This document shows positions 29,463 to 39,192 of a DNA stretch of 64,000 nt, one piece after another. Numbering within the stretch: position 1 is the first letter of the stretch; each line of letters starts with the position of its first letter. Below the pieces are notes generated by a model, which ran no database searches, was not told the DNA's origin, and was given only the letters and a program-made list of their open reading frames with translations. The position numbers and the translations under genes are program-made. Source of the stretch: an uncultured delta proteobacterium (GTDB lineage: Bacteria; Desulfobacterota; WTBG01); the NCBI GenBank assembly GCA_963793865.1, contig CAWCBP010000012.1, positions 104,986-168,985 on the forward strand. The letters are read 5' to 3'.

Positions 29463-30689
29463 ATGGAAGAAACGGGGCATTCTTTTCGCTGGACAGTCCT
29501 TATCCTGTTGTTTTTCAGTCTTTTTACTGCCACGCTGGCCATGCAGTGCATGCCGCCCCTCTTCTCCCAGATCGCGGAAGAGATTCCTCTCACCAAGGCG
29601 CAAATGGGAACAATAATGGGAGTGCTTACACTGGCCTCCCTGTTTTTCGCGCCGGTGGGCGGCGCCATCTGCGATAAACTGGGCAGCAGGTGGGCCCTTG
29701 GTGTATCGGCGCTCATCGTGGCAGCCGGCAGTATCGTGCGCTATTTCGCATCCAGCGCAACGGGCCTCATTGTGTGCATGTTCATCATCGGCGCCGGTAT
29801 CGCCATGTACCCTCCCAATCTCCCCAAGGCCCTCGGCAGCTGGTTTGCGCCCAGGGACCTGGCCAAGGTAAACGGTATCTGTCTGGCCGGAATGGGAATA
29901 GGCGGGGCGCTGGCGATGGCAACTGCGAGAAGTGTCATGTCTCCCGCCCTGGGAGGATGGAGGGGAACAGTGACGTTCCTGGGCGTGCTGGTGCTTGTTG
30001 TGGCCGTGCTCTGGATGATCTTTTACAGGGACCGCGATGCTGAAGGCGCCGTTTCCGGGCGCAAGCAGAATGTCTTCCAAAATTTTAAAAAAGTGTTGCG
30101 GGTGCGGGATATCTGGCTTATTGCCCTGTACTACGGCCTGAACATGGTTTCGCTGCTGGCGGTCATTACCCTGCTGCCCCTCACCCTGGAGGAGCGCGGG
30201 ATGGCGAATGCGGGGGAGCTGGTGGGCATTATGATGGGCACCACGGTTGTGTTCAATATCCTGGGGGGCATACTGTCAGACCGGGTAGGCAGGCGAAAGC
30301 CCTTCCTCCTCTTCTGTGTGCTCATTTTTGCTGTCTGCGCAACCGGTTTTGTGACCCTAACCGGTGCTCCGCTCCTGGCGGCGCTGGTCCTGGCGGGCGC
30401 CGCACTGGGCACGATTGCGCCGGTATTGATGTCCGTGCCGGTGGAGATGGAGGGGATAGGCACGTCGCTGGTGGGCACGGCAATGGGCTTTATCTTCATG
30501 CTGGGGAATACGGGGGGATTTGTGGGTCCGGTTGTGGCCGGCAAGCTGATGGACCGTGCCGGCTCCCCCCTGCCGGGATTTATTTTTATAGCGGCAGCCC
30601 TGGCGGCCGCGGCGTTATTGATTATTCCCCTCCGTGAAACAGGGAGAAAAAGAAAACCGGGGGAGGCCCCCCCGGCGCATGCCCATTAA
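29463..30689 (+). CDS. Major facilitator superfamily transporter
   Basis: About 12 TM segments; GAICDKLGSR and GILSDRVGRRK motif A. Confidence 0.92.
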   Translation: MEETGHSFRWTVLILLFFSLFTATLAMQCMPPLFSQIAEEIPLTKAQMGTIMGVLTLASLFFAPVGGAICDKLGSRWALGVSALIVAAGSIVRYFASSATGLIVCMFIIGAGIAMYPPNLPKALGSWFAPRDLAKVNGICLAGMGIGGALAMATARSVMSPALGGWRGTVTFLGVLVLVVAVLWMIFYRDRDAEGAVSGRKQNVFQNFKKVLRVRDIWLIALYYGLNMVSLLAVITLLPLTLEERGMANAGELVGIMMGTTVVFNILGGILSDRVGRRKPFLLFCVLIFAVCATGFVTLTGAPLLAALVLAGAALGTIAPVLMSVPVEMEGIGTSLVGTAMGFIFMLGNTGGFVGPVVAGKLMDRAGSPLPGFIFIAAALAAAALLIIPLRETGRKRKPGEAPPAHAH

Positions 30690-30781
30690 AGACGTACCGT
30701 TTTTGTAGCGCTTCCAATGGTTTTTGTTTTCTGCTGCAGCTGTCTTCCCCGAGAAAGCGGGGATCCATGTCTCATATGAAT

Positions 30782-30809
30782 GCAGGGGCGACCGGCCGGT
30801 CGCCCCTAC
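30782..30809. repeat. REP palindrome copy 2 (GCAG variant)
   Basis: GCAGGGGCGACCGGCCGGTCGCCCCTAC between convergent genes. Confidence 0.88.
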
Positions 30810-30854
30810 AAGTCAGACGTTATGTTCGTGTTACGGTATTTATTACCCTCTCCG

Positions 30855-31553
30855 CTAACGGTCAAAAAAGATATTGAGCGCCCTGTCAACACCCTTCTTT
30901 TCGCCGAAAAGCATTTTATACCCTTTAAATCCCGGGTCATGATCTATCACCGTTTTCAGGTACTCTTCAAAGGCGCTTTTGGCCCTCTCCAGTTTCTCGC
31001 CGGTCAGGGGCGTCGCCTGCTCAACCAGGTCCATGAAAACGCCCAGATATTCCCTGAAAAGGCTCAGTGCCCGGTCATCAAGCTCCTGCGCGATTTTCAC
31101 CTGGCAGACTGCCCGCGAAAAGACGCTCTGAATCTGGCCGCCCGGTTTCACGGGCGTTTTGAGTAGCTCAGGGTAACGCTCGCGAATGGCAACCAGCCGG
31201 TCACACAGGGCGGTGTCATCGTGACCGGTGACGTCTCCGGTGCGGTGAATATCAACAATCAGCATTCTCGTTTTTCCGGTGATCACTATTTCGCCGGTGA
31301 AGACCGGCAGATCCAGCTCCATGCGGGGGCGTATGAAGACGGAGCGCACTGCCAGGTAGAACGGCGGATCCAGCCTGAACATCACCACCCGGGAGAGCTT
31401 CTCGGCGCTGAACACCTCGCCGTCCGCCTTTACCAGACCGAGGGTTCTTGCCGGCCGCTCCGGGAAGGGGTGCTTGAGCGCGACCGGGTTGAGGGTGAAG
31501 CGTTTCTTAATCTCCGCCAGCGCGACGGGATGCACATCTCGCAAACTTGTCAT
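30855..31553 (-). CDS. Ferredoxin-dependent bilin reductase / RCC reductase-like protein
   Basis: P..DLPVF..E, VFS, HDPG....LFG......IFF pattern and size typical of the fold. Confidence 0.6.
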   Translation of the reverse strand: MTSLRDVHPVALAEIKKRFTLNPVALKHPFPERPARTLGLVKADGEVFSAEKLSRVVMFRLDPPFYLAVRSVFIRPRMELDLPVFTGEIVITGKTRMLIVDIHRTGDVTGHDDTALCDRLVAIRERYPELLKTPVKPGGQIQSVFSRAVCQVKIAQELDDRALSLFREYLGVFMDLVEQATPLTGEKLERAKSAFEEYLKTVIDHDPGFKGYKMLFGEKKGVDRALNIFFDR

Positions 31554-31605
31554 AAGCGCGGATCCTTTCAGTCAGTTAACGTGTTTTTTAAAGCACCGCT
31601 GTCGC

Positions 31606-32526
31606 CTATTTAATAAAATCCCTGATTATATCCGCCAGCTCCCCGGGCCGCTCCTCCTGCACGTAGTGGCCGCACTCCTTTACCGGCGCCAGCCGCGAGG
31701 AACCGATTTCTCCATGCACGCGCCCGGCAATCTCAAGCATGTCTCCCGCCCCTCTCTGACCCCAGACTATCAGCGTGGGGCGGGTGACTTTCTCCGCTAT
31801 ACCCGGGTACTGCTTTTGCCCCACCCTGCCCATCATGTTCGCCAGGGCGTCAATGGCATTCGGGGTCCTGGTGGGAAGCATGTAGGCGTCAATCACCTCA
31901 TCGGTCACCAGCGATTTGTTGTAGAACGAGCCGGTCAAAAATCTCTTTCTCATGCTCCGGGAATAAAACTGCTTGGCCATGAGCCGGTCCAGCGGGAAGA
32001 AGAGGTGGTTCAGGAACTCGGGGCCGGTCCTGGTATAAAATCCCGGCTCAATCATGGTCAGGCTCTCCGCCTTCAGCGGGGCATCAATGGCGGCACAGGC
32101 TATGATCACGCCTCCCATGGAGTGGCCGACCAGATGGGCGGAGGGCAGGTTGAGCGCCTCCATGAAATGGATGAGCAGCTTCCCCTGGGCCGTCATCTCA
32201 TAATTGCCGTCGGGGGGCTTGTCTGAAAAACCGAAGCCGAGCATGTCATACGCATAGACGGTATAATTGCCGGCGAGGAGGGGGATGAGATTCCTCCAGG
32301 TGTAGAGTGAACCGGCAAAACCGTGCACCAGTATTAAAGGGCTGCCCGTTCCCTGCTTGGTATAATGGATGGTACGGCCATCGACCTGCACAAATCTGCT
32401 GTCCGGCCCCGCCAGCTTATCAACCGGGATCGTTTCAGAGGGAAGGTAGGCGACGATAATCAGGATGAGATAGAGGAGTGCCAGCACTGCAAGCGTAACT
32501 TTGAGTATCTTTTTTGCGCGGTTCAT
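31606..32526 (-). CDS. Alpha/beta hydrolase with N-terminal membrane anchor
   Basis: LVHGF, GFGFS, GHSMG, GHYVQEE. Confidence 0.92.
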   Translation of the reverse strand: MNRAKKILKVTLAVLALLYLILIIVAYLPSETIPVDKLAGPDSRFVQVDGRTIHYTKQGTGSPLILVHGFAGSLYTWRNLIPLLAGNYTVYAYDMLGFGFSDKPPDGNYEMTAQGKLLIHFMEALNLPSAHLVGHSMGGVIIACAAIDAPLKAESLTMIEPGFYTRTGPEFLNHLFFPLDRLMAKQFYSRSMRKRFLTGSFYNKSLVTDEVIDAYMLPTRTPNAIDALANMMGRVGQKQYPGIAEKVTRPTLIVWGQRGAGDMLEIAGRVHGEIGSSRLAPVKECGHYVQEERPGELADIIRDFIK

Positions 32527-32544
32527 GATAGGGAGTCCTTCCTT

Positions 32545-33156
32545 TTAAAAAAGCATCCGGTACTTCAAGACGCTGAAGAAGTGCATCATCCAGGGAACTA
32601 AAAAGCTCCCGGATCTTTTATACGCGTAGGCATATACCGCGCCCACAGCGCTGAAGAGAATGACAAGTAACGTTTTCACCAGCAATGGACGCGGCCAGAT
32701 GTCCCCGGTGGTGAGATAGAAAAGGCCGTAGCACAATGACGATAAGAGGATGGGAAGAAACGCGCCCTTCATTGAAGCAGACAGCGTTTTAAATAAATAT
32801 CCGCGGAAGAAGAGCTCCGTGGCAAAGGTGTGGAAGAGGGCAAGGATGAGGGCAATGGGTTGTGTCGGGTCAAACCCCCCGGGGTTATTGAACCCCATGG
32901 CGATCCCCACCAGCAATGAGATGGCAAGCCAATTAAGGGATATGCGCAAACCGAGCGCGTCACGATTTTCCTTTCGGGTCAGCCGGAGCGAGGCAGCGGC
33001 GACAGCGATCATAATAAACCTCCTCACATATAACAAAGGTGAGGAGGGATCATGTTTGCTCTCCGCCGGCCCGAGGCCGTATCCGATGCTCAAAATAAAA
33101 AACAGCGCGAACAGCAACGTACAGACGACAAGTGCCCTTACTGCATCCCGGCGCAT
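32545..33156 (-). CDS. CPBP/Abi (CAAX protease-like) membrane protein
   Basis: TELFFRG, KRSGS..PWMMH; SD GGAGG before MRRDA. Confidence 0.8.
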   Translation of the reverse strand: MRRDAVRALVVCTLLFALFFILSIGYGLGPAESKHDPSSPLLYVRRFIMIAVAAASLRLTRKENRDALGLRISLNWLAISLLVGIAMGFNNPGGFDPTQPIALILALFHTFATELFFRGYLFKTLSASMKGAFLPILLSSLCYGLFYLTTGDIWPRPLLVKTLLVILFSAVGAVYAYAYKRSGSFLVPWMMHFFSVLKYRMLF

Positions 33157-33485
33157 CTTACCTCCCATGGTCCGCTGCCATCCAGTTCTTGCGCAGCGTC
33201 CAACCATATATATTGTTTTTTTTGAGGTGTCAATATACAATTGCGCCGCATTCAGGGTGTTCCAGGATTGTGCATTGATAACAGAGCAGAGCAATATGGA
33301 GGGCCATGCTCTGTCATGGACGCATACAGCAAGAGGGCGCCGACGGAGCGCGTCCCTCCATAATAGTAATAATCTATAAGGATTCTTATAAAGTTATTCC
33401 TTCAGTTTCCGATAGTTTAAACATTATCTGTGCGCGGCGCCTTCCGGAAAGGGGGGAGGGGACTGGGGCGACGCTGAAGGGAGAA

Positions 33486-35114
33486 ATGATGATAAAAGGA
33501 AGTGCTGAGAAACCGGCTGAGGGGGTTGCCGGGAACGATCCGGTGCGGCTTCAGCTTTTGAAACAGCTGAAGCGCTCGGAGGAGCGATATCACAGCCTGG
33601 TGGAGAACGCCAATGATGCCGTGATTGCAATCAGCGGCGACGGGGTAATCACCGGATTTAACCGGAAGGCCGAGCAGATGTTCGGCTATGGCCGGGAGGA
33701 GATGCTGGGAAAATCGGTGACGCTTCTGGCGCCGCCCCGCATACGGGAGCTGCAGCAGCGGATGCTTGAAAGGTACCGCAGGACGCGTAAATTACATATC
33801 ATCGGGAAAACCGTGCCGGGAAGCGGCCTGAGGAAGGATGGACGGGAATTCCCGCTCGAAGGCACTACCCTGCTTGGGGAAGAGAATGGAGAGTACATGC
33901 TTACCATTCTCATCCGGGACATCTCTGAGCGCCGGAAGATGGAGGAGCTGCTCCTGCAGTCCGAAAAACTCAAATCCATGGGGGAGTTTGCCGGCGGGGT
34001 TGCGCATAATTTCAACAACATCCTCTCGGTCATCATGGGCAGGACCCAGCTTTTAAGAAGAAACATGCACATACCTCCCGACCGGGAGGCGGCGGAAAAA
34101 TTTGTGGAGGAGTTGAAAAAAAGCCTGGAGATAATTGAAAAAGCCTCCATTGACGGAGCGGACACGGTCAAACGCGTGCAGGATTTCGCCGGCACAACAC
34201 CGGCTGAAGTTGATGGTTTTACCGCCGTTAATGTCAATGAGATTATTGAGCAGGCGCTCGAATTTACCAGGCTCAAATGGCATGATGAAGCCTGGGCCAG
34301 GGGCATTTCCATCGCCATTAAAAAGGATCTCTCTCCGCTCCCGCTCGTGGGAGGAAACGCGTCCGAGCTGAGAGCGGCGCTGGTGAATCTGATTAACAAT
34401 GCCGTTGACGCCCTTCCCCGGGGCGGACTTATCAGGGTAAAGACCTATTCCGGCGCGGGGCAGGTGGTGGTCATTGTGGAGGACAGCGGTGTCGGCATGT
34501 CCAGGGAGGTTCAGGGCAGAATTTTTGACCCCTTTTTCACCACCAAGGGAGTTCAGTCCACGGGGCTGGGCATGAGCGTTTCCCACGGCATCATCAGGCG
34601 GCACCAGGGAACCATTACCGTGGAGAGCGTCGAGAACCGGGGAACAACCTGCTGCCTCAAGTTTCCCGTTTATACAGGCGCGCCGCAGGAAGAAAGGCAG
34701 GCGGCATCTCTTCCGGCGAAGGCGAGGAAGGCAAGCATACTGGTGGTGGAAGATGAAGAAGAAGTGCGCGAGCTGCTCAAGGACATTTTGACCGACGGCG
34801 GTCACGAGGTGGAGTTTTCCTCCAACGGCCAGAAGGGTCTGGAGCTCTTTCAGGAAAAAAAGTTTGACCTGGTATTCACCGATCTGGGCATGCCCGGGAT
34901 GTCCGGATGGCAGGTGGCGGAAAAGATCAAGCAGTTGAGCAGCGATACCCCGGTTGCCCTGATTACCGGCTGGGAAGTGAAAAAAAAGAAGCAGGAGCTG
35001 AAAAGTAAAGGGGTCGATATCGTACTCAAAAAACCGTTCCGGGTGGATGAAATCCTGCGGCTGGTTCAGGAATGGATGGCGGAGCGCGACAACCGCGCAA
35101 GCGTTCCCGCCTGA
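33486..35114 (+). CDS. Hybrid PAS sensor histidine kinase with receiver domain
   Basis: PAS; GVAHNFNN; NLINNAVDA; DPFFTTK; GLGM; receiver TDLGMP. Confidence 0.93.
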   Translation: MMIKGSAEKPAEGVAGNDPVRLQLLKQLKRSEERYHSLVENANDAVIAISGDGVITGFNRKAEQMFGYGREEMLGKSVTLLAPPRIRELQQRMLERYRRTRKLHIIGKTVPGSGLRKDGREFPLEGTTLLGEENGEYMLTILIRDISERRKMEELLLQSEKLKSMGEFAGGVAHNFNNILSVIMGRTQLLRRNMHIPPDREAAEKFVEELKKSLEIIEKASIDGADTVKRVQDFAGTTPAEVDGFTAVNVNEIIEQALEFTRLKWHDEAWARGISIAIKKDLSPLPLVGGNASELRAALVNLINNAVDALPRGGLIRVKTYSGAGQVVVIVEDSGVGMSREVQGRIFDPFFTTKGVQSTGLGMSVSHGIIRRHQGTITVESVENRGTTCCLKFPVYTGAPQEERQAASLPAKARKASILVVEDEEEVRELLKDILTDGGHEVEFSSNGQKGLELFQEKKFDLVFTDLGMPGMSGWQVAEKIKQLSSDTPVALITGWEVKKKKQELKSKGVDIVLKKPFRVDEILRLVQEWMAERDNRASVPA

Positions 35115-35201
35115 TCGCGCAGGGCACGCTAAATAAGATTCCTCACATTCGTTCGGAATGACATGTTGTACGTCTTCTCTTAATATTCTTCTCGTTTATC
35201 T

Positions 35202-35229
35202 GTAGGGGCAACCGGCCGGTTGCCCCTAC
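35202..35229. repeat. REP palindrome copy 3 with compensatory change
   Basis: GTAGGGGCAACCGGCCGGTTGCCCCTAC. Confidence 0.88.
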
Positions 35230-35318
35230 GTGTCAGACCTTATTCTAAAATTAAAAAATAATAGGTCATCACCTTTTCCTCCTCACAAACTCCTTCCGCC
35301 CATACCATCATTTTACAC

Positions 35319-35347
35319 TTGGCAGAGAGACGCGTTCTGTTTATAAT
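35319..35347 (+). promoter_or_regulatory. Sigma70 promoter for the SDR gene
   Basis: TTGGCA-17-TATAAT. Confidence 0.65.
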
Positions 35348-35443
35348 GCGCCGTACTTTTACACGGGGTGTCCTGCCTGAAGCTTCGTAGCGAAACCTGC
35401 CCGGCCCGGTGTCTCCGGCCCGGCAAAAAAAAGGAGATTGCCG

Positions 35444-36202
35444 ATGAGACTCAAGGATAAGATTGCACTGATTACGGGAGCGGCGGGAGGTATCGGAAGC
35501 GCCATCGTGCGGCGCTTCGCGGAGGAGGGCGCCACGATTATACTCAGCGATATTAAAGAGGAGGGCTGCAAGGCGCTCTTGGGCGAAATAGAAAAGAAGG
35601 GGGGCCGGGGGAGTATTATTACGGCGGACGTCACCAGGGAAGACGAGATCGTCGCGCTCTTCGCCCGGGCGATGAAGGATTATCCCCGCCTGGACATCCT
35701 GGCCAACATCGCGGGAGGAGATTTTGAAAACCAGGCGGCGGTCGATGATATCAGCTACGAGAAGATGAGCTACAATATCGATGCCAATCTCAAGTCGTGC
35801 ATTCTCTGCTGCCGGGAGGCGGCCAAGATCATGATGGGACAGCAGTACGGCAGGATCGTTAACATGGCTTCCATCGTCTACCGGGGCAGCCCCATGCAGT
35901 TCACCTATTCAGCCGCCAAAGGGGGCGTGTTTGCCTTTACCCGCAGCATGGCCATGGCGCTGGGCATATATAATATTACCGTCAATTCCCTCGCCCCGGC
36001 CCTCATAGAGGTCGACATCATAAAGAATTCCATCGAGCCTGAAATGTGGGAGGCGCTCAAGGAGGATTGCGCCTCGCGCTACCCGCTGGGGAGGATCGGC
36101 CAGCCCATCGACGTGGCAAACTGCGCCCTGTTCCTGGCCTCGGATGAAGCATCCTTCATCACCGGTCAGATTCTTGAGATATCAGGAGGAGGAAGATTAT
36201 AA
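35444..36202 (+). CDS. Short-chain dehydrogenase/reductase (FabG-like)
   Basis: TGAAGGIG, YSAAK, PLGRIG, ASFITGQ. Confidence 0.93.
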   Translation: MRLKDKIALITGAAGGIGSAIVRRFAEEGATIILSDIKEEGCKALLGEIEKKGGRGSIITADVTREDEIVALFARAMKDYPRLDILANIAGGDFENQAAVDDISYEKMSYNIDANLKSCILCCREAAKIMMGQQYGRIVNMASIVYRGSPMQFTYSAAKGGVFAFTRSMAMALGIYNITVNSLAPALIEVDIIKNSIEPEMWEALKEDCASRYPLGRIGQPIDVANCALFLASDEASFITGQILEISGGGRL

Positions 36203-36335
36203 GAAGAGGGGTCAGGGTTCAGGGTCATAAAATAGGGTACAGGGGACAGGGAGCAGGGTCAAAAACAGTTTACAGTTGCCGGTTGCCAGTTTACAGGAGA
36301 AAGGTCAAAAGTCCACTGTCCACAGAAAATGATGG

Positions 36336-36515
36336 AACCACGAAGGACACGAAGGGTAAGGCACGAAGAACACGAAGCGAGAGTCGGAGTAGGACGCGCC
36401 CTGCAGCGTCCTACTGCAAGACTTCTCAGTCATGCACGCACGACTGAGAATTGAAAAGTTCGGAGTCTTTCTTCGTGTGCTCGTTCTTGGCTTTTTCTTC
36501 GTGTGCTTCGTGGTT
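36336..36515 (+). repeat. CACGAAG-armed element copy 1 (isomer I), inside a heptamer-repeat tract 36207..36690
   Basis: AACCACGAAG/CTTCGTGGTT ends, hairpin B 36388..36415, hairpin A 36423..36450. Confidence 0.88.
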
Positions 36516-36577
36516 CAAAAAGCATGGGTCAGGGTCAGTGAAGCTTCCTTGACCAGCATCGTGTATCTTAAAAAGTT

Positions 36578-36597
36578 ATATTTCAAGACCTGACCCC
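36578..36597. repeat. Orphan end of RAYT element 2
   Basis: ATATTTCAAGACCTGACCCC, reverse complement of 49934..49953. Confidence 0.85.
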
Positions 36598-36694
36598 ATT
36601 AGACGTTGACATTTGATTCATCAATTGATAATCGTGATCCCTGACTTTTCTTTTGCCCCTGTTCCCTGAACCCTGACCCCTGCACCCTGCTTTT

Positions 36695-37600
36695 ATGACC
36701 GCCCGTTTTTTAGAACTGGAAATAACCGGCGCCTGTCGCCACCGCTGCCAGCACTGTTACGGTTCCTTTCCCCGGGAAGGAAGCCTTGACCGGGGGACGG
36801 TGATGCGCCTGATCGACGAGGCCCGCGGCAATTTTGACTGCATCATTTTTTCGGGAGGGGAACCATTTCTCCACCCCGATCTCCCGTTCTTCACCCGCTA
36901 TGCGCATGACTTTGTCGTGTTTATTACCACCTCCGGTTACCGCGTGACCGCGGAGCAGGTTCGCGGGTTGCCGGGGAACGTGATCTTGGTTTTCGGGATC
37001 GACGGCATTGGTGAGGTCCATGACCGCTACCGGGGCACGCCCGGGGCTTATGAAGAGCTTATGCGGTTGCTCAAGCAGACCCGGGACCGGCCTAAAGAGA
37101 TCATAACCACTCTCTGGAAGGGCGTTCTGCCCCAGATGGATGCCATGATAGAGCTTGCCGAGGAGCACATGGCCATTCTGCACTTTAATGCCCTGATACC
37201 GGTGGGAAGGGCCCGCTCGAATGCAGAGATCCTGCTTACAAGGGATGAGCAGGAGGCGGTGTATCAGCGCTTGCAGGAACTCAGATTGAATCGCGAGGCG
37301 TCTCTGGCAACGGACCTGTATAAGGTCACCCGGGAAGACAAAGAGGGCATAGACCTGTTCTGCAAGGGGCGGTATTCGGTCAGTCCCGCGGGGGATGTGC
37401 GGCCGTGTGAATTTCATCCCGGCGTGCTGGGCAGCGTCTTCCGGGAATCGCTGGGCTCGATCATGGAGAGGGCGAAACAACATCCTTTCATCCAGGCACG
37501 GGAGAACGGCTTCAGGGAACAGGCGAAGAAGGTTTTGGACAACCCCTTTGACTATCACACGGAGATATGTCACGCGCTGAGCGCACAGCTCCCGTTTTGA
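36695..37600 (+). CDS. Radical SAM protein with SPASM/twitch-like domain
   Basis: CRHRCQHC, SGGEPF, C..YSVSPAGDVRPC. Confidence 0.9.
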   Translation: MTARFLELEITGACRHRCQHCYGSFPREGSLDRGTVMRLIDEARGNFDCIIFSGGEPFLHPDLPFFTRYAHDFVVFITTSGYRVTAEQVRGLPGNVILVFGIDGIGEVHDRYRGTPGAYEELMRLLKQTRDRPKEIITTLWKGVLPQMDAMIELAEEHMAILHFNALIPVGRARSNAEILLTRDEQEAVYQRLQELRLNREASLATDLYKVTREDKEGIDLFCKGRYSVSPAGDVRPCEFHPGVLGSVFRESLGSIMERAKQHPFIQARENGFREQAKKVLDNPFDYHTEICHALSAQLPF

Positions 37601-37622
37601 AGGGATGATCAGGTTCTGTTCA

Positions 37623-37650
37623 GTAGGGGCGACCGGCCGGTCGCCCCTAC
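37623..37650. repeat. REP palindrome copy 4
   Basis: Identical to 4758..4785. Confidence 0.9.
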
Positions 37651-37744
37651 GTTTGGATAAGTGATATGTATGTGCATTCGCCGCCGAAAGCGAGGAATAC
37701 CACTGATATGTTTTCATGCATACTAGTGAAACGGAGGGTAACGG

Positions 37745-38116
37745 ATGAAGAGAACGGTGAAGAGCACCTGCAGCAGGTGCAGCGCGCTGTGCTGCAAATA
37801 TTTTGCCCTGGAGCTGGACAAACCCTCCACCTGGAACGATTTTGAGAACATCCGCTGGTACATCAGCCATCAGAAAACCTCGGTCTTTATCCAGCAGGGG
37901 AGGTGGTTTCTGAACGTGAACAACCGCTGCCGGCATTTAACCGCCGACAGCCGCTGCCGCGTTTATGATCATCGCCCGGCCATTTGCCGTCGGCTGGACG
38001 CGAACGGATGTGAATACCACAATCTGGACGGGGTGCGGGAGATCAGGACGGAGCAGCAGCTGGCGGCATATCTGGCCGAGCGCTCCGCAAAAAGGAAGGT
38101 GAAGAAAAAGAGATGA
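37745..38116 (+). CDS. YkgJ-family cysteine-cluster protein
   Basis: CSRCSALCC, CRHL...CRVYDHRPAICR. Confidence 0.88.
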   Translation: MKRTVKSTCSRCSALCCKYFALELDKPSTWNDFENIRWYISHQKTSVFIQQGRWFLNVNNRCRHLTADSRCRVYDHRPAICRRLDANGCEYHNLDGVREIRTEQQLAAYLAERSAKRKVKKKR

Positions 38117-38203
38117 GGGATGATGTTAAATGACGGGAGGGAAGAAAAAAGACTCAAACCGAAACGATTCGGTTTGAGTCTTTTGCACGATCGCAATGGC
38201 CGG

Positions 38204-39139
38204 TCAGCTGATTGCCGCCCGGGGACAGATATCCTCGCAGATCCTGCATCCGGTGCAGTTGCCGGTAAAGCAGAATGACTTGATTTCCCCCTTTTCCTCC
38301 TTGAGCTCCAGCGCGCAGCAGGGGCAGTTGTCGCAGCACTGACCGCATCCCATGCAGGTCTCCTCATCAATGGTGGGATAGCTCCGGCAGGTCTGGCAGA
38401 GGTTGAACATCTCCGGAGGAAAGATCATCTTGTTTCCCAGCCAGGTCAGCTGCCGTTCCGGGGCGATGGGATTGCCGCATGACTTGCAGAATCTGATGGG
38501 CAATTCCGTCTTCCAGTTCTGCATCAGGCGCTGCGCGCCCAGATTCTGCTCCCCGTCGGCATAGACGACCTGGGCGTTGTCAAAATTCTGCATCTTGATG
38601 ACCTGGGTGGGGCAGACCAGGGCGCAGCTCCCGCAGGCGATGCACTCCTTTGAGCTTTCGTCGAAGGGAACGGCGACCTTCTTGTTGATGCCGCTTCCCT
38701 CGAAGTCAATGGCATTGGCCTGCACCACTTCCGCGCAGGTGCGGACGCACAGCCCGCACAGGATGCAGTATTCGTTCTCCAGGCTGAATTCCTCGGGGAC
38801 GGCGGTGACGCCGACCTCGGCGGCCATGTCCCGTATCTTTTTGGGGTTCGGGCAGCGCGCCAGCAGGAGCTCCATCACCAGCTTTCGGACGTCCTTCACC
38901 CGCTCCGTTTCGGTGGCAACCTTCATCCCGTCCCGGACGAGGTAGTTGCAGGAGGTCTCAATGGTGGTGCGGTCCCCCTGGGTGACCTCCACGCTGCAGA
39001 GCCTGCAGTTTCCCGCCGGCTTGAGCGCGTCGTTGGAGCACAGGTTCGGGATATGGATACCCTCATCCCGGGCGGCCTCCAGAATGGTCCTGCCTTCCTC
39101 TGTTTTGATTTTCTTGCCGTTAATGGTAATGGTTATCAT
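38204..39139 (-). CDS. NuoG/HydA N-terminal-like Fe-S protein with extra ferredoxin domains and no catalytic domain
   Basis: IPNLC..GNCRLC..SC (2Fe-2S), CILCGLC, CIACGSC..CP, CMGCGQC..CP, CTGCRIC..CP. Confidence 0.88.
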   Translation of the reverse strand: MITITINGKKIKTEEGRTILEAARDEGIHIPNLCSNDALKPAGNCRLCSVEVTQGDRTTIETSCNYLVRDGMKVATETERVKDVRKLVMELLLARCPNPKKIRDMAAEVGVTAVPEEFSLENEYCILCGLCVRTCAEVVQANAIDFEGSGINKKVAVPFDESSKECIACGSCALVCPTQVIKMQNFDNAQVVYADGEQNLGAQRLMQNWKTELPIRFCKSCGNPIAPERQLTWLGNKMIFPPEMFNLCQTCRSYPTIDEETCMGCGQCCDNCPCCALELKEEKGEIKSFCFTGNCTGCRICEDICPRAAIS

Positions 39140-39192
39140 GATCTGCCCAACCTCCTCGGATGGTTGCTTGAGGCAGCCTGCCCGGATGCCTG

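Noticed and set aside
36710..37936. Long antisense ORFs (also 770..1717, 7374..8357, 50637..51425 and others)
   Set aside because: Shadows of well-supported genes in GC-rich DNA, without recognisable motifs
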